From Dehalococcoidia bacterium (GTDB lineage: Bacteria > Chloroflexota > Dehalococcoidia > GIF9 > UBA5629): DNA of 64,000 bases. The stretch spans positions 14,599-78,598 of the forward strand of contig PLME01000011.1 of the NCBI GenBank assembly GCA_003142375.1, in the 5' to 3' direction. The position numbers and the translations under genes are program-made. Below are positions 8,939-21,000 of the stretch, in pieces (position 1 is the stretch's first letter; the number at the start of each line of letters is the position of its first letter). The notes under the pieces were generated by a model that was not told the DNA's origin, did no database searches, and worked only from the letters and a program-made list of their open reading frames with translations.

Positions 8939-10507
8939 ATGAATATTGGAAGTTTGCTGGATGACAACATACAGAGGTTCGGCGAATATGATTTTGTATG
9001 CTTCGAAGGTAAATGGCATTCCAATGTTGCAATAAACTTGGCTGCCAACCGGCTGGCAAATGCGCTGAAAAATCTGGGAATTGGTAAAGGGGACAGGGTT
9101 GGCGTTCAACTGTTGAATTGTCCGCAGCTAATGGAATCTTTTTTCGCCATTTTCAAAATCGGCGCTATTTTGGTGCCGGTCAACCCATCTCTTCGTTCGG
9201 AGGAATTGGCATATCTTTACCAGGATGCAGGTTTGGCAGCCCTGATCACCAGCACTGATTTCATGGACAAGATCAGGGCAGCTAAAGGGAAGGCTCCCGA
9301 CCTGAAATATGTGATCACAATAGAAAAGAAAGTTCCCCAAGATGCCCTGTCCTACGACATAATCACAGGGCGGGAGCCGGGTGAGATTGCTCTAACGGAA
9401 ACGGGCAACGACGACGTGGCCGTCATCATCTACACGGCCGGCACTACAGGCAATCCCAAAGGGGTAATGCTGACGCACTATAACTGGTTTACGCACATCA
9501 CCGGGTATTATGAACTGGTTTTACTGGACAGAAGGGGTATCGAGGTAAAAGGCAGGGAGGCGACCGTGTTTGGGGTGGCCCGTAACCGCGTATCGCTGGT
9601 TACGCTGCCTCTTTACCATGGTTACGGAGTATTCGCTATGAATCTGGAGTTCCTCACCGGTGGGAGAATGATACTGCTTTCGCGCTGGGATACTGAGGAA
9701 GCGATGAAATGCATTGAGCAATACAGGGTTAGTGAATTCCGCGGCGTTCCAACCATGTACATCCAGTTGCTTAATTACCCCGCCGCCGATAAATACGATT
9801 TAAGCTCACTGCAGGTGTGCATCTGTGGCTCTGCCCCGATGCCCCTGGAGGTCGCCCGGCAATGGAAAGCGAAGTATGGCATCGATATATGGGAGGGCTA
9901 CGGGTTGAGCGAAGCGACGACCGTCAATTGCGGTAATATAGCCGCCGGGAAGGAGCCGAGGTACGGTTCGATCGGCAAGTGCTATCAAAAATGTAATACC
10001 ATATCAATATTCGGCCCGGACGACAGGGAACTGCCGGCTGGCGAGATAGGTGAGATAGTTATCAAGGGTCCATGCGTTATGAAAGGCTACTGGAACAAGC
10101 CCCGGGAAACCGCTGAGGCCATAAGGGATGGTTGGCTTCATACTGGGGATGTCGGCCGTAAGGATGAAGACGGTTACATTTATATCACCGACCGCAAGAA
10201 AGACCTCATCATCCGCGGCGGGGAAAACGTATATCCCACAGAGGTGGAGAACGTCCTTCACAGGCATCCGCAGGTGATGGAATGTGGTGTTATCGGCATC
10301 CCGGACAGCACGTATGGGGAAGAGATCATGGCTTTTATAGTACTCAAGACCGAAGGCTCAGCCACAGAGGAAGAGCTGATAGATTTTTGCCGGGAGCAGT
10401 TGCCGGCCTTTAAAAGGCCCAAGACCATCCAGTTTATGGACTCCCTGCCCAAAAGCTCGGTAGGCAAAATTTTGAGAAGGGAATTGCGCATTAATAAACG
10501 CGGTTAA
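8939..10507 (+). CDS. AMP-dependent acyl-CoA synthetase/ligase (long-chain-fatty-acid--CoA ligase family)
   Basis: AMP-binding motif YTAGTTGNPKGVMLTH. C-terminal GWLHTGD and K at the end (PKSSVGKILRREL). Confidence 0.85.
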   Translation: MNIGSLLDDNIQRFGEYDFVCFEGKWHSNVAINLAANRLANALKNLGIGKGDRVGVQLLNCPQLMESFFAIFKIGAILVPVNPSLRSEELAYLYQDAGLAALITSTDFMDKIRAAKGKAPDLKYVITIEKKVPQDALSYDIITGREPGEIALTETGNDDVAVIIYTAGTTGNPKGVMLTHYNWFTHITGYYELVLLDRRGIEVKGREATVFGVARNRVSLVTLPLYHGYGVFAMNLEFLTGGRMILLSRWDTEEAMKCIEQYRVSEFRGVPTMYIQLLNYPAADKYDLSSLQVCICGSAPMPLEVARQWKAKYGIDIWEGYGLSEATTVNCGNIAAGKEPRYGSIGKCYQKCNTISIFGPDDRELPAGEIGEIVIKGPCVMKGYWNKPRETAEAIRDGWLHTGDVGRKDEDGYIYITDRKKDLIIRGGENVYPTEVENVLHRHPQVMECGVIGIPDSTYGEEIMAFIVLKTEGSATEEELIDFCREQLPAFKRPKTIQFMDSLPKSSVGKILRRELRINKRG

Positions 10508-10616
10508 ATACAGCAGTCTGGACTTAACCCGGGGTTATAATTGGCCGGTAGATACCGATGAAACTTGCAGAAAACGCCGGATTATCCTATTATCGTTTAA
10601 GAGCGGGATATTAGAT

Positions 10617-11420
10617 ATGAATTACAGCGAGGTATGTGAGCATAGGAAATCGGGGCCCTTTATTAAATATTGTTTGGGGGGAAATATTCGCGCTGGTTTT
10701 TACCTGCTGATAGCATGTATTATTTTCTTCTCCACGTTTGCTTGTGCAAACCTTAATAAGAATACGGGGACACCTACGACGGGGTCCTCAACAAGTCAGC
10801 AGCCTGCCGGCAGTTCATCTCAAAATAATCCTGAGGCTGGCTCAAACGTAAACTCCAACACGCAACCTGCAACTACGCCTACACCGGCCCAGCCTACACC
10901 TGCGGTTACTACGCCGCCCCCGGCGCCGCCGGCCCCGGTTCAACAGTCCACGCCGCCTTCCCAGCCCGCCGCTACTTTGAATGTCCCCCCGGCTAGCCAG
11001 TCGAGTACAGGTGATATGATCAAGAAGGAAGCCTGTCTGATGGGGCTGACCAAAGATGATTTAGGTGGGGAAGGATGGGTACGCATAAGCTCGGGGCCCG
11101 CGTCGATTTTGTATACAAATTCAGTGTGTCACGCACAATATTCACAGGGCGGATCATTTTCACCGACCGTGCAAAATACGGTGGCGGTATATCGCACCGT
11201 TCAAGTTGCGATCAACGCCTATGATAAGGAAAAGCCGCAGTATGCCACGGTTTCCAATCCGGCCATCGGCGATGAGTGTTTTTTAAATGACTCTGTTCCC
11301 ATCAACAGGGAGTTGGTATTCAGAAAAGCCAATGTGGTTGTATATCTATTTTTACAGCAGTATCAGACGGGAGACATCGAGCACTATGCCAGTGTGATTG
11401 AGCAAAGGATTACCCCCTGA
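10617..11420 (+). CDS. hypothetical secreted protein/lipoprotein with a Pro/Thr/Ala-rich linker
   Basis: N-terminal hydrophobic segment ending FACAN (lipobox-like). Low-complexity PT-rich region. Globular C-terminal domain. Start uncertain. Confidence 0.5.
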   Translation: MNYSEVCEHRKSGPFIKYCLGGNIRAGFYLLIACIIFFSTFACANLNKNTGTPTTGSSTSQQPAGSSSQNNPEAGSNVNSNTQPATTPTPAQPTPAVTTPPPAPPAPVQQSTPPSQPAATLNVPPASQSSTGDMIKKEACLMGLTKDDLGGEGWVRISSGPASILYTNSVCHAQYSQGGSFSPTVQNTVAVYRTVQVAINAYDKEKPQYATVSNPAIGDECFLNDSVPINRELVFRKANVVVYLFLQQYQTGDIEHYASVIEQRITP

Positions 11421-11457
11421 CCTTAAACCGATGATAATTTGAGCAAGAGCGATAACA

Positions 11458-11850
11458 TTGGAACAAAAACAGATGGATAGTCCACAGGAACAGAACGGGA
11501 GAGTCAGACGAAACAGGCACCATGGTTTTTCGGCCATTTTTGCCGGGCTGTTTCTGATCATGCTGGGGGGACTGCTTTTCCTGGCCAGCCAGGGGATTAT
11601 TTCATGGGATAAATGGTGGCAGCTCTTTCTCATAGGGCTTGGCGTTATTTTATTAATCGATGTTTTTATCCGGTATTTGCAGGATAGAAGCATCGGTTTT
11701 CAAGCAGGCAGAGTAATTGCCGGTTTAGTATTGATCATTATCGGGACGGCTTTCTTCCTCAGTGCGGTGAACTGGTGGGCTTTAATTATCGTCGCTGTAG
11801 GTGTGGTGATCCTTATTGTTGGGGTGTGGCGGCGTTCGGTAGATAAATAA
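11458..11850 (+). CDS. hypothetical membrane protein (4 predicted TM helices)
   Basis: 130-aa ORF. Hydrophobic helices separated by short loops. Start uncertain (TTG at 11458 or ATG at 11473). Confidence 0.5.
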   Translation: MEQKQMDSPQEQNGRVRRNRHHGFSAIFAGLFLIMLGGLLFLASQGIISWDKWWQLFLIGLGVILLIDVFIRYLQDRSIGFQAGRVIAGLVLIIIGTAFFLSAVNWWALIIVAVGVVILIVGVWRRSVDK

Positions 11851-11938
11851 CTGCTGTGTAACTTGTCGACTATCTTAGACTTTACCTTCAATTTATGCGA
11901 AAATATCTTCCAATTAATCTCAGTTTGCCTTTAAAGCT

Positions 11939-12730
11939 ATGAATCTGGGTATTGCGGGGAAAACGGCGATCGTTTCTGCGGCCAGCAGGGGTATAGGCAA
12001 GGCTGTGGCCATAGGGCTGGCTAAAGAGGGCGTCAACATGGCTATTTGCGCCCGCAATGAAGCCGGGCTCCGCAAGACTGCCCAGGAAATAGAATCCTTA
12101 CATTCGGTCAAAATCCTGCCTATTATTGCCGATCTGACCAAAGCCAGCGAGGTGAAGAACCTGGTTGGAGAGACCGTCAGTCGTTTTGGCTGGGTGGACA
12201 TACTGATAACCAACACGGGGAATCCGCCCCCCGGGCCTTCCAGCTCATTCACTGATCAGGACTGGGAGTACGCAGTATTACAAAATCTGCTCAGCAACGT
12301 CAGGCTATGCCGTGAGGTGATTCCCCTTATGAAAAAACAACACTGGGGAAGGATAGTCAACATGATCTCCATTTCGGCCAAGCAACCACTCGAAAACATG
12401 ATATTGTCCAACTCCATTAAAGCCGCCATCGTCGGCATGGCCAAAACACTGTCGCAGGAAGTGGCGGCGGACAATATACTTATAAATAACATCTGCCCGG
12501 GCTGGATACTTACAGATCGTTTGGTAGAGATGGCTAAGCGGGAAGCTGATAAAAGAGGCAAAACCTATGATAAAGTGCTGGCCGAATTGATAGCCACTAT
12601 ACCTATCAAGCGTTGCGGCACGCCCGAAGAGGTCGCCAACCTGGCGATATTCCTTGCATCGGAGAGGGCTGCCTACATGACCGGCACTACTATCCAGGTC
12701 GATGGTGGCCTGGTTAAAGGCCTTCTTTAA
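11939..12730 (+). CDS. SDR family oxidoreductase (FabG-like 3-oxoacyl reductase)
   Basis: TGxxxGIG N-terminus (SAASRGIGKAVA). NNAG-like (ITNTG). Catalytic S…Y…K region. Confidence 0.85.
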   Translation: MNLGIAGKTAIVSAASRGIGKAVAIGLAKEGVNMAICARNEAGLRKTAQEIESLHSVKILPIIADLTKASEVKNLVGETVSRFGWVDILITNTGNPPPGPSSSFTDQDWEYAVLQNLLSNVRLCREVIPLMKKQHWGRIVNMISISAKQPLENMILSNSIKAAIVGMAKTLSQEVAADNILINNICPGWILTDRLVEMAKREADKRGKTYDKVLAELIATIPIKRCGTPEEVANLAIFLASERAAYMTGTTIQVDGGLVKGLL

Positions 12731-12853
12731 TCAAAGACGGATGCGGGCTACCGATGAGATTTCAGCTAAATACTCTCATAAGGGATATTGACATATACTG
12801 CCGCTTATATTATATTAAAGCAATGGTATCTAAGGGAGGTTATAAGTTCAAGA

Positions 12854-14403
12854 TGAAAGTAGTATTTAATTCGACATGGAGAATAGTCCTTGCCCTGGCG
12901 GTGATGTTGAGTTTCGGACTGGCAAACGCCACACCAGTGCAGGCATTTGCAAACCCGGCCTTAGTAACACTTTTAGGCGCCGGGAATTTTGCGGTTCTGG
13001 CAGGAGCGGCAATTACAGATGCAGGGGCTGGTACGCATATCACTGGAAATGTTGGGGCGTACCCCATTACTGGCGCCGCTATCGGCCTAGTATGCACACA
13101 AGTGACTGGAATTATTTACCAGAGTGATGCTGCTGGCATGGGATGTTTTGTGACGGACCCTGTTAACCTGAACACGGCTATGATCAACAGGTTAGCCGCT
13201 TACACAGACGCTAACAGCCGGACAGCTGATATTACTGGCCTGGGCGGTGGTACTGTTGGCCCTCAGACTCTCGTTCCCGGCGTCTATAAATGGACTACCC
13301 CTGTGACAATAACAGGCGATCTCGTTCTGTCGGGTGGCCCCAATGCCGTTTATATCTTTGAGATAGCGGGAACCCTTGACATGGCCACCAACAAAAGCAT
13401 ACTCCTGAGCGGTGGCGTACAGGCTTCCAACATATTCTGGGCAGTCGCTGGCGCAACGACCCTACTTCCAGGCTCACACTTTGAGGGTAACATCTTGTCT
13501 GGGTCGAACATCGCCATGCAAAGTCTTGCATCTATCAATGGCAGGCTGTTAGCACTGACTGGGATCACATTTGATCACAATGCCATTATAAAGGCAGTTT
13601 TTGTGCCACCGGCCACCACACTGGCAGTACTCGGAATATCCACCCCGCGTATTGGATGCATTGCCACTGATGTGACGGTAACCGCCTTTGATGGAGCTAA
13701 CAACGTCGTTCCGAGTTACCGTGGCACCATCCACTTCACCTCAACGGATTCGGCGGCAGTGCTGCCGGCGGATTACACTTTCGTCGCCGGTGATGGTGGT
13801 ATACACACCTTTACTAACGGGGTAATTTTATCCACCGCTGGAATACAGACGGTGACAGTCATCGATGTTGCAAACGGTCTCACTGGCACCAGTTTCCAAA
13901 TCACTGTTGTTCCCTGCCAGGGTCCTGTGCCCACCCCTGGACCTGGTATAACATCACCAGTGATCTCCACGGTTGCCCCGACTCTTCCCCCATCTGGTAG
14001 AGCGATTCCTGGGGCAGGCGCACAGGGTGGTCCGGCGGCGCTGCCGAGCTTTGTAATTACTAAGCTATGCGTTGATTCTGACAATGTTACACTCTGTCTG
14101 AAAAACACCATGGCTTATTCCCAGACATTGGTAGTTATACTGAAATCAAACAATGTCGACATCGGCCAAAAAACATTTAACCTATCGCCAAATGCCGAGC
14201 TTTGTGCCTCATGGTATATAGATGCCGCACAAGCAAAAGGAAACCTCAGGGTCAATATCGGAGGCATTGTAGAGAAGGATGTTCCATCTTGCGGTGTTGT
14301 AGTGCAGCAGTCTATTGATTGGTTGCTCTGGGTGATAGTAGCACTGTTCGTCATAGCCGTCATCGGGCTGCTGCTGTACTTCCTCACGAGGAGGAGGAAA
14401 TAG
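12854..14403 (+). CDS. cell-surface protein with an ice-binding-like (DUF3494) domain, a Big-like domain and a C-terminal TM anchor
   Basis: Signal peptide MKVVFNSTWRIVLALAVMLSFGLANA. DUF3494 signature (FAVLAGAAITDAGAGTHITGNVGAYPITGAAIG). Ig-like region. C-terminal hydrophobic stretch followed by TRRRK. GGAGG upstream of the 12854 ATG. Confidence 0.7.
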
Positions 14404-14440
14404 GCTCAGCAAACGGGTACTTTCTGTTAGTATAATCTTA

Positions 14441-14477
14441 GATGGGGCACATCATATGATGTGCCCCATCTTTTTTT
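14441..14477 (+). terminator. intrinsic terminator (perfect 15-bp stem GATGGGGCACATCAT/ATGATGTGCCCCATC followed by T7)
   Basis: Perfect palindrome followed by TTTTTTT, 38 nt after the stop codon of the ice-binding-like gene. Confidence 0.75.
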
Positions 14478-14578
14478 CTATATTATTTTCATTTTTAGGT
14501 TGATGGCAGCATGGTCAAAGGCCTTCTATAGTTTCTATCGTCACGCAATTGGAATTTGTTAGGGGGGAAGCTTTGAAG

Positions 14579-14595
14579 TGGTAGGCCGTGCAGGA
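14579..14595. repeat. 17-bp direct repeat TGGTAGGCCGTGCAGGA, identical to the 3' end of tRNA-Lys (putative attL)
   Basis: Exact match to 24536-24552. The surrounding sequence differs on both sides. Confidence 0.6.
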
Positions 14596-15068
14596 TAAAA
14601 GCAAGAACTTTTTCTAAGACTTACACATTACCTCAATGATATGAGAGAGCTCATGGTCCCAAAACAAGCGCACTAAAAGGCGGTAACCGCTTGCCTCCTT
14701 TGGATATAAGACTATCAATATAGATATAGAATAGTCAAGGACGGCCATAGCCAGCAGGCTATCAGGCTGGCAGTCAATAGCGTGATGCCCACTATCCGGT
14801 GATAGTGTGCGCTATACTCGACGTCGTAATGTCTGCCAGACACATTCATCATTTCACACATCCCGATTTTTTCTAAAGTTTCAACCGGGCTATGTGTAGG
14901 CGGAATATATAATAAAAACGCTAACTATACTAACCTTGGCTAACGCTATTAAAAACTTCAAGTTGAGGCCAGGGTAATTTAATAACTGGTTCCTTTTGCT
15001 GATTACGGCTGGTATAGAAAAGGGGAGGCTCTCAATAATCGGAGGATTCTAATTATACATGGACTAAA

Positions 15069-18000
15069 TTACGGTGGTGGGGTCATCCTCACCTCGACCC
15101 AGTGTTCCTTATGGTCGTCAACAAGAGGGATGGTCTTATCGTGTTGCTCAACGCCATCCACGCTCACGCGCATCTCACCATTCCCGGCAGGCGTTTGCAG
15201 GACCGCGATGTGGTAGACCGTCTCCCGATAGCGGTAGTGCATCTTGAACCCCACCCAATCCGCAGGGAGGCACGGCGTAAAACGCAGTTTATCCACTTCA
15301 AGTGTGAGCCCCAGGAGTGATTCCACGATCAGCCGGTACATCCAGGCGGCCGAGCCCGTGTACCATGTCCAGCCGCCGCGGCCGGTATGCGACGGTGCCG
15401 CATAGACGTCGGCGGCAACGACGTAGGGTTCCACTTTGTAGGTGGCAGTCTCCTCGGTCGATCTTGCATGGTTCACCGGGTTGATCATGGTAAAGAGCTC
15501 CCACGCGCGCCGGTTGTCCCCCAAGCGAGCGAAGGCCATTGCCGCCCAGATGGCCGCATGCGTGTACTGCCCGCCGTTTTCTCTAACTCCGGGGACGTAC
15601 CCTTTGATGTAGCCGGGATTCAGCGCCGACTTGTCGAAGGGCGGATCCAGAAGTTGGATCAGCCCATGCTCGCGGCGAACGAGGCGCTCGTCCACCGCTT
15701 CCATGGCCATGCGCGAACGCTCATGATCTCCCGCACCTGAAAGAACAGACCAGCTCTGCGCTATCGAATCAATTTGGCATTCGGGGTTAACTGACGATCC
15801 AAGCGGCGAGCCGTCGTCGAAATAAGCGCGGCGGTACCACTTTCCATCCCAGCCATTCTGCTCGAGATTCTGGCGCAGTTGAGCCGCCTCCCTCTGGCAA
15901 CGTTCGACGAAAGATAGGTCACCCCTTGTACGGGCAACCTCCATAAACTGCGTGAGTACTTCATAAAGGAAAAATCCTAACCACACGCTTTCGCCTTTGC
16001 CGTGTTCGCCCACCAGGTTCATGCTGTCGTTCCAGTCACCGGAGCCGATGAGCGGCAGGCCGTGTACACCGAATTTAAGGCTATTCAGGATGGCTCGGAC
16101 ACAGTGTTCGTAAAGACTCGCTACCTCTTCAGAGCGCCCGGGCAGATCGTAATAACAGTCTTCATCAGCGTTTACCGAGCGGCCCTGGATGAAGTGGACG
16201 GGCTCATCCAACACGCCGGTGTCCCCGGTGGTGAGGACATAGCGGCACGTCGTGAGCGGCAGCCAGAGGTAATCGTCCGAACAGTGAGTACGCACACCCC
16301 GACCCGTTGGAGGATGCCACCAATGCTGAACATCTCCTTCCAGGAATTGACGGGACGCACACAGGAGCAGGTGCTCGCGCGCGAGATGCGGCCTGGCGTG
16401 GATTAGGGCCATCACGTCTTGCAACTGATCGCGGAAACCGAAGGCGCCCCCCGACTGGTAGGTTGCGCTTCGCGCCCAAAGGCGACACGCCAGAGTTTGG
16501 TATAGCAGCCAACCGTTGGCCAACACGTTGATGGACTGGTCGGGTGTTTCCACATTTACCGCACCGAGGGTGTGTGTCCAGTGCTGCCATACCACATCGA
16601 GGGCGCAGCGCGCAGCGTTTGATCCTCGAAAACGGTTGACCAGGTTTCTCGCATCGTCTACGTCTCGCCCTAGGCCGAGTCTGAAGATGATTTCACGCTC
16701 TTGCCCGGCGGCCAGATCGAAGCTCACCTGGATCGCGGCGCAGGGATCCAGGGCGGCCCCCACCTTGTTGGAAAGGCGCGTGCGCGTCATAGCGGCAGGA
16801 GCGCATAGCGTACCGTTGCGTCCCAGGAATTCAGTCCGATCGCCACTTATGGTGCGAGTCGTATCGTCCACGTCGAAGAACGCAATCCGGTCAGGGAACT
16901 CCGTGTTGTATGGGTTGTGTGCGAAGAGCGCGCCGCTATCCGGGTCAATTTCGGTGATCACGTGCATGGTCGATTTCGGTCGCAGGTCGCCAAGCACCCA
17001 TTCCACATATCCGGTAGCGGAGAGCCGGCGGGATCGTCCCGACTCGTTGAATACTTTGAGCACCGTAAACTTGATCGCTGCGTCCATAGCCACGTAAACC
17101 CATAGCTCGGAGCGGATGCCGCGCTCGGTGTGTTCAAAGACGCTGTAACCGAATCCGTGCCGGGTGACGTAAGGCGTTGCCCCGCGGCAGGGCAACGGCG
17201 TGGGCGACCAGAAGTAGCCGCTCTCTTCATCACGGAGGTAAAATGCCTCTCCTCTCGAATCGCCCACGGGATCGTTCTCCCAGGGAGTGAGGCGGAACTC
17301 GTGAGCATTCTCGCTCCAGGTGTAGGCAAGACCGCTCTCTGAGATGACGGTCCCGAAGTGCGGGTTGGCCAGCACATTCACCCAAGGAGCCGGTGTCAGC
17401 TGCCCGTGCGCTGTGGTAATAACATACTCGCGCCCATCCGGGGTGAATCCGCCCAGCCCATTGTAGAACGTCAGATCGTGGCGTGGCAACGAGGCGACCG
17501 CCAGGGGTTCGGAGCGGCGGGTTCGGGTCGGGATAAGGAGGGGCACGGTTACTTCCACCTGACTACGACCGTTGATCTGGTCCACCAGCGACCCCCGGCT
17601 GTCGCTGATGATGGCGCGAGCGACCGCTTGGATTAGGATGCGATCCTCCTCCGCTATCTGCTCCGCAGGTCTTACGAAAATGCCGCCGGGTCGATCGGTC
17701 ACGTTGGCTTCGATGCCTGCGGCAATGAGCCCCATGACCTGGTCGTGGAGGAGTTGCCGGTAACCTGCGTGATCTTCGTTCCAGATCACCAGGTCCACCG
17801 CTAGTCCTTTGAGATGCCAGTACGCGTGGGCCTGCACGAGTTGGCGCACCAGATCGATATTGGCCGGATTTTCAATCTGCAGCAGCACAATCGGCAGATC
17901 GCCGGAGATGTCGTAGCTCCAGAGACCGGATTGCCCCCGGCGGTTCTTGATGAGGACACTTGGGTCGGCTCGCAGCGAAGCATTAGCGTAGATGATCGAG

Positions 18001-21000
18001 CTGGCAAGGTGCCCATAGAGTTGCGCATCGGCTGCGGAGGCATTGAACTGGCGCAGCAGCACATGGCTATGTGTCCATGCCAAATCAAAGACGCGGTCCG
18101 CGAGACGCCGATCCTGGTATTTTCCCACAAGACGTAAGGCTGCACCGCGGGTTTCACCGATGCCGGTGACAATGTTTATCGTTGCCGATTCTTCGGGATC
18201 CAGCGTTATCCGATAGCGGATGGCTACAATCGGATCGAGCACAGAGCCCTCGCTACCCGAGAGCGCTTCAGTAAAAACACCAGCGCCCCCGCTCATCGCC
18301 TGTGGATCGGCGACGGTGTTACCGCGGCCGATGAACTGCATGCGATCGGTCTCATAGGAAACATCTCCGATCTCCGCTCCATGCACGACCATCAGGTGAA
18401 ACATCCAGGGCGCCTGCTCGCCCTGGGAGCGGGGCCGGCGAGTGCAGAGGATCGCTCGCTGCCGGCGGATGATCTCGGTCTGGACAAATAGATTGCTGAA
18501 CGCCGGATGCAGTGCGTCGGCGGCAGGCAGTGCCAGAACCACTTCCGCATAACTGGTAACATCGATCGCTCGGCGCGTACGCGCGCGGTTGGTGACGCGG
18601 ACTCGGCGTAGTTCGATATCATCCTCGGGCGAAACAGCGATCTCGGTATAGGTTTCATAGTCGTGGTCGCGACAGCGAAACTCGGCTCGCCCTTCCGAGA
18701 AGATCGCCTCAAAATGCTTCGACCGTTTGAGCGCCGGCTGATAGGCCGTTGACCAGAATTCCCCACTCGTCACGTCGCGGAGGTAACAGAACGTGCCCCA
18801 GTTGTCGCAGGTGCGGTCTTCGCGCCAACGGGTAACGGCGAGGTCCTTCCAGCGGCTGTAACCGCCGCCGGCACTGGTGATCATCACATGGTACCTGCCA
18901 TTCGAGAGCAACTGCACTTCCGGGTTTGGCGTGTCGGGGCTTGTGAAAACGCGAATCGGCGTCTCCGAAGCGCTGGAAGCCGTATGATACTCGGAGAGCT
19001 CGGAGGTGTGCGCATAGAACGCTGTCGCCTTGGGGATTCGCTCCTGCAGCAACAGCATGGTCGCCTGGAACAAGGGATCCGACTCGAATCGCTTCTGCAT
19101 CTGGCGGTCCAGGAGCAGATGCGCCAAAGACAGGAGACTCATGCCCTGGTGATGGGCCATGAAGGACCGAACCACGACCCTCGATTGTCCGCGCGGCAGA
19201 TGCGACGGAGTGTAGTCGATCGCCTCGTAGAAGCCATACCGGGTTTCAAAGCCTTCAGCAGCGAGTCGTTCGAGGTTCAGGCACGCCTCCTCGGGCGCCA
19301 CCATCAGCGCCAGTGCCGAGGCATAAGGCGCAATCACCAGGTCCTCGGCGAGCCCGCGTTTGAGCCCCAGGCCGGGGACACCAAAGGCGCTGTATTGGTA
19401 GTTGAGATGCACATCGATGGCATTGTAACCACATTCCGAAATGCCCCAAGGCACCCCGCGTTTTTTCCCATATTCGATCTGCCTGGCCACCGCCGCCTTA
19501 CAGGTCTGGTCGAGCAGCGTGGGTTCGTAGGTCGGCATCACCAGGAGCGGCATCAGGTATTCGAACATCGAACCGCTCCACGAAAGGAGGATCGGTTCTC
19601 CACCGGCGGTAGTCAGCAGACGTCCCAGGGCAAACCAGCTCTCCTGCGTCAGTTGTCCCTGCGCAATCGCTACGAAATAGGAAAACCTCGCTTCCGAAGC
19701 CAGGAGATCGTAGTAACTGGAGTCCCGCTGGCATTCACCGACATGATAGCCGATAGCTAGCAGATGACGCGTCTCGTCAAACAGAAAGTCATATTTCATC
19801 CGGGCGAATGCGTCGCATTGCGTGGCAAGTTCTTTGATAGCCGCAATCCTTGTTCTGGCGTGCTGGCTGGCTGCCGTGATGAGGCGTTGAAGTTCACCAA
19901 GCCAAGCGCTTTCCGCCGACGTGGTGGCAGAGCTGAGCCGATGTACGATCGCCGGCAGGAGCTTCACCTCCAGTGCTGCCAGTTCGTGCAATGTTGGGAT
20001 CTCGTCGAGATCGGGAAAGTCTCCGAGGCTATTCGGAGAAGAAAAGAGCACTGTCCATGGAGCGAGAAACGTCAGCTCATCGAGGGCATCTCGACATTGC
20101 TCGGCGAAGGCGTGGGCCCACCACCTCAATTGGCTCTCGGTGTCGGCATCGAGAGCTTCCACGTCGGTGACCACTACCGCAGCGGACGTTGCCAGCTGAT
20201 CAAGGCACAGCCGCGAAGCCATGAGCGTGGTGAGTTGGGAACGGGTCGCGGACTCCAGATCCTGCTGAAGTTGAGCGAGTTGGGCCGGGGCGTATACTTC
20301 CGGAGCGGCGGCCGCCGCGTCTATGACAATCCTGAGAGTGTCGCTTAAGCCCTCAAAGAATCGCGTTTCCAGGATCTTGTGATCGGCAAGTCCGAGCAGA
20401 CCCGGCCGCAATGTCAGCAGATGGCCTGCGAGGTTCCCGCTGTCCACCGACGAAATGTAGAGGGGCAGCAGTGGTTTCAGAGATTGCGTATCATACCAGT
20501 TGTAGAAGTGGCCTTGGTGTCGTTCCAGGGTTTCCATGGTGCAGAGTGCCTTCGCTGTACGTTCGATGAGTTGTCGGGCCGAAAGGTAGCCGAAGTCATA
20601 CGCGGACAAATTCGCCAGCAACGCAAGGCCCATGTTGGTAGGCGATGTGCGATGTGCGATGACCGCAACAGGATTCTCCTGATAGTTATCAGGCGGCAGC
20701 CAATTATCTTGCGGGCCGATGAAGGTCTCGAAGAACGCCCAGGTTTTCCGGGCAAGCTTCCGTAGAAAGAGGGTCTGATCCACTGTCATCCCTGCTCGGC
20801 GGCGAGCGAGCGGCCGACTGATCCACCAGGCGATAGCGGGGGAGCCAAACCAGAGGCACAGTATGGGCCCAGCCACAGCCAACACGGCCGGTTTGGATGC
20901 AGCAAGCGTGATCACCACAGCAACGGCAACGAGCGGGCCGATCCACATTGTCCGACATGAGCCGACAAGGTCCGTGCGGCTATTGCGATCCGAGTTGCCC

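Noticed and set aside
10860-10990. Repetitive-looking DNA (ACGCC/CCGGC-rich)
   Set aside because: It encodes the Pro/Thr/Ala-rich linker of the 10617-11420 protein, so it is a coding low-complexity region. It is not a CRISPR or tandem DNA repeat.
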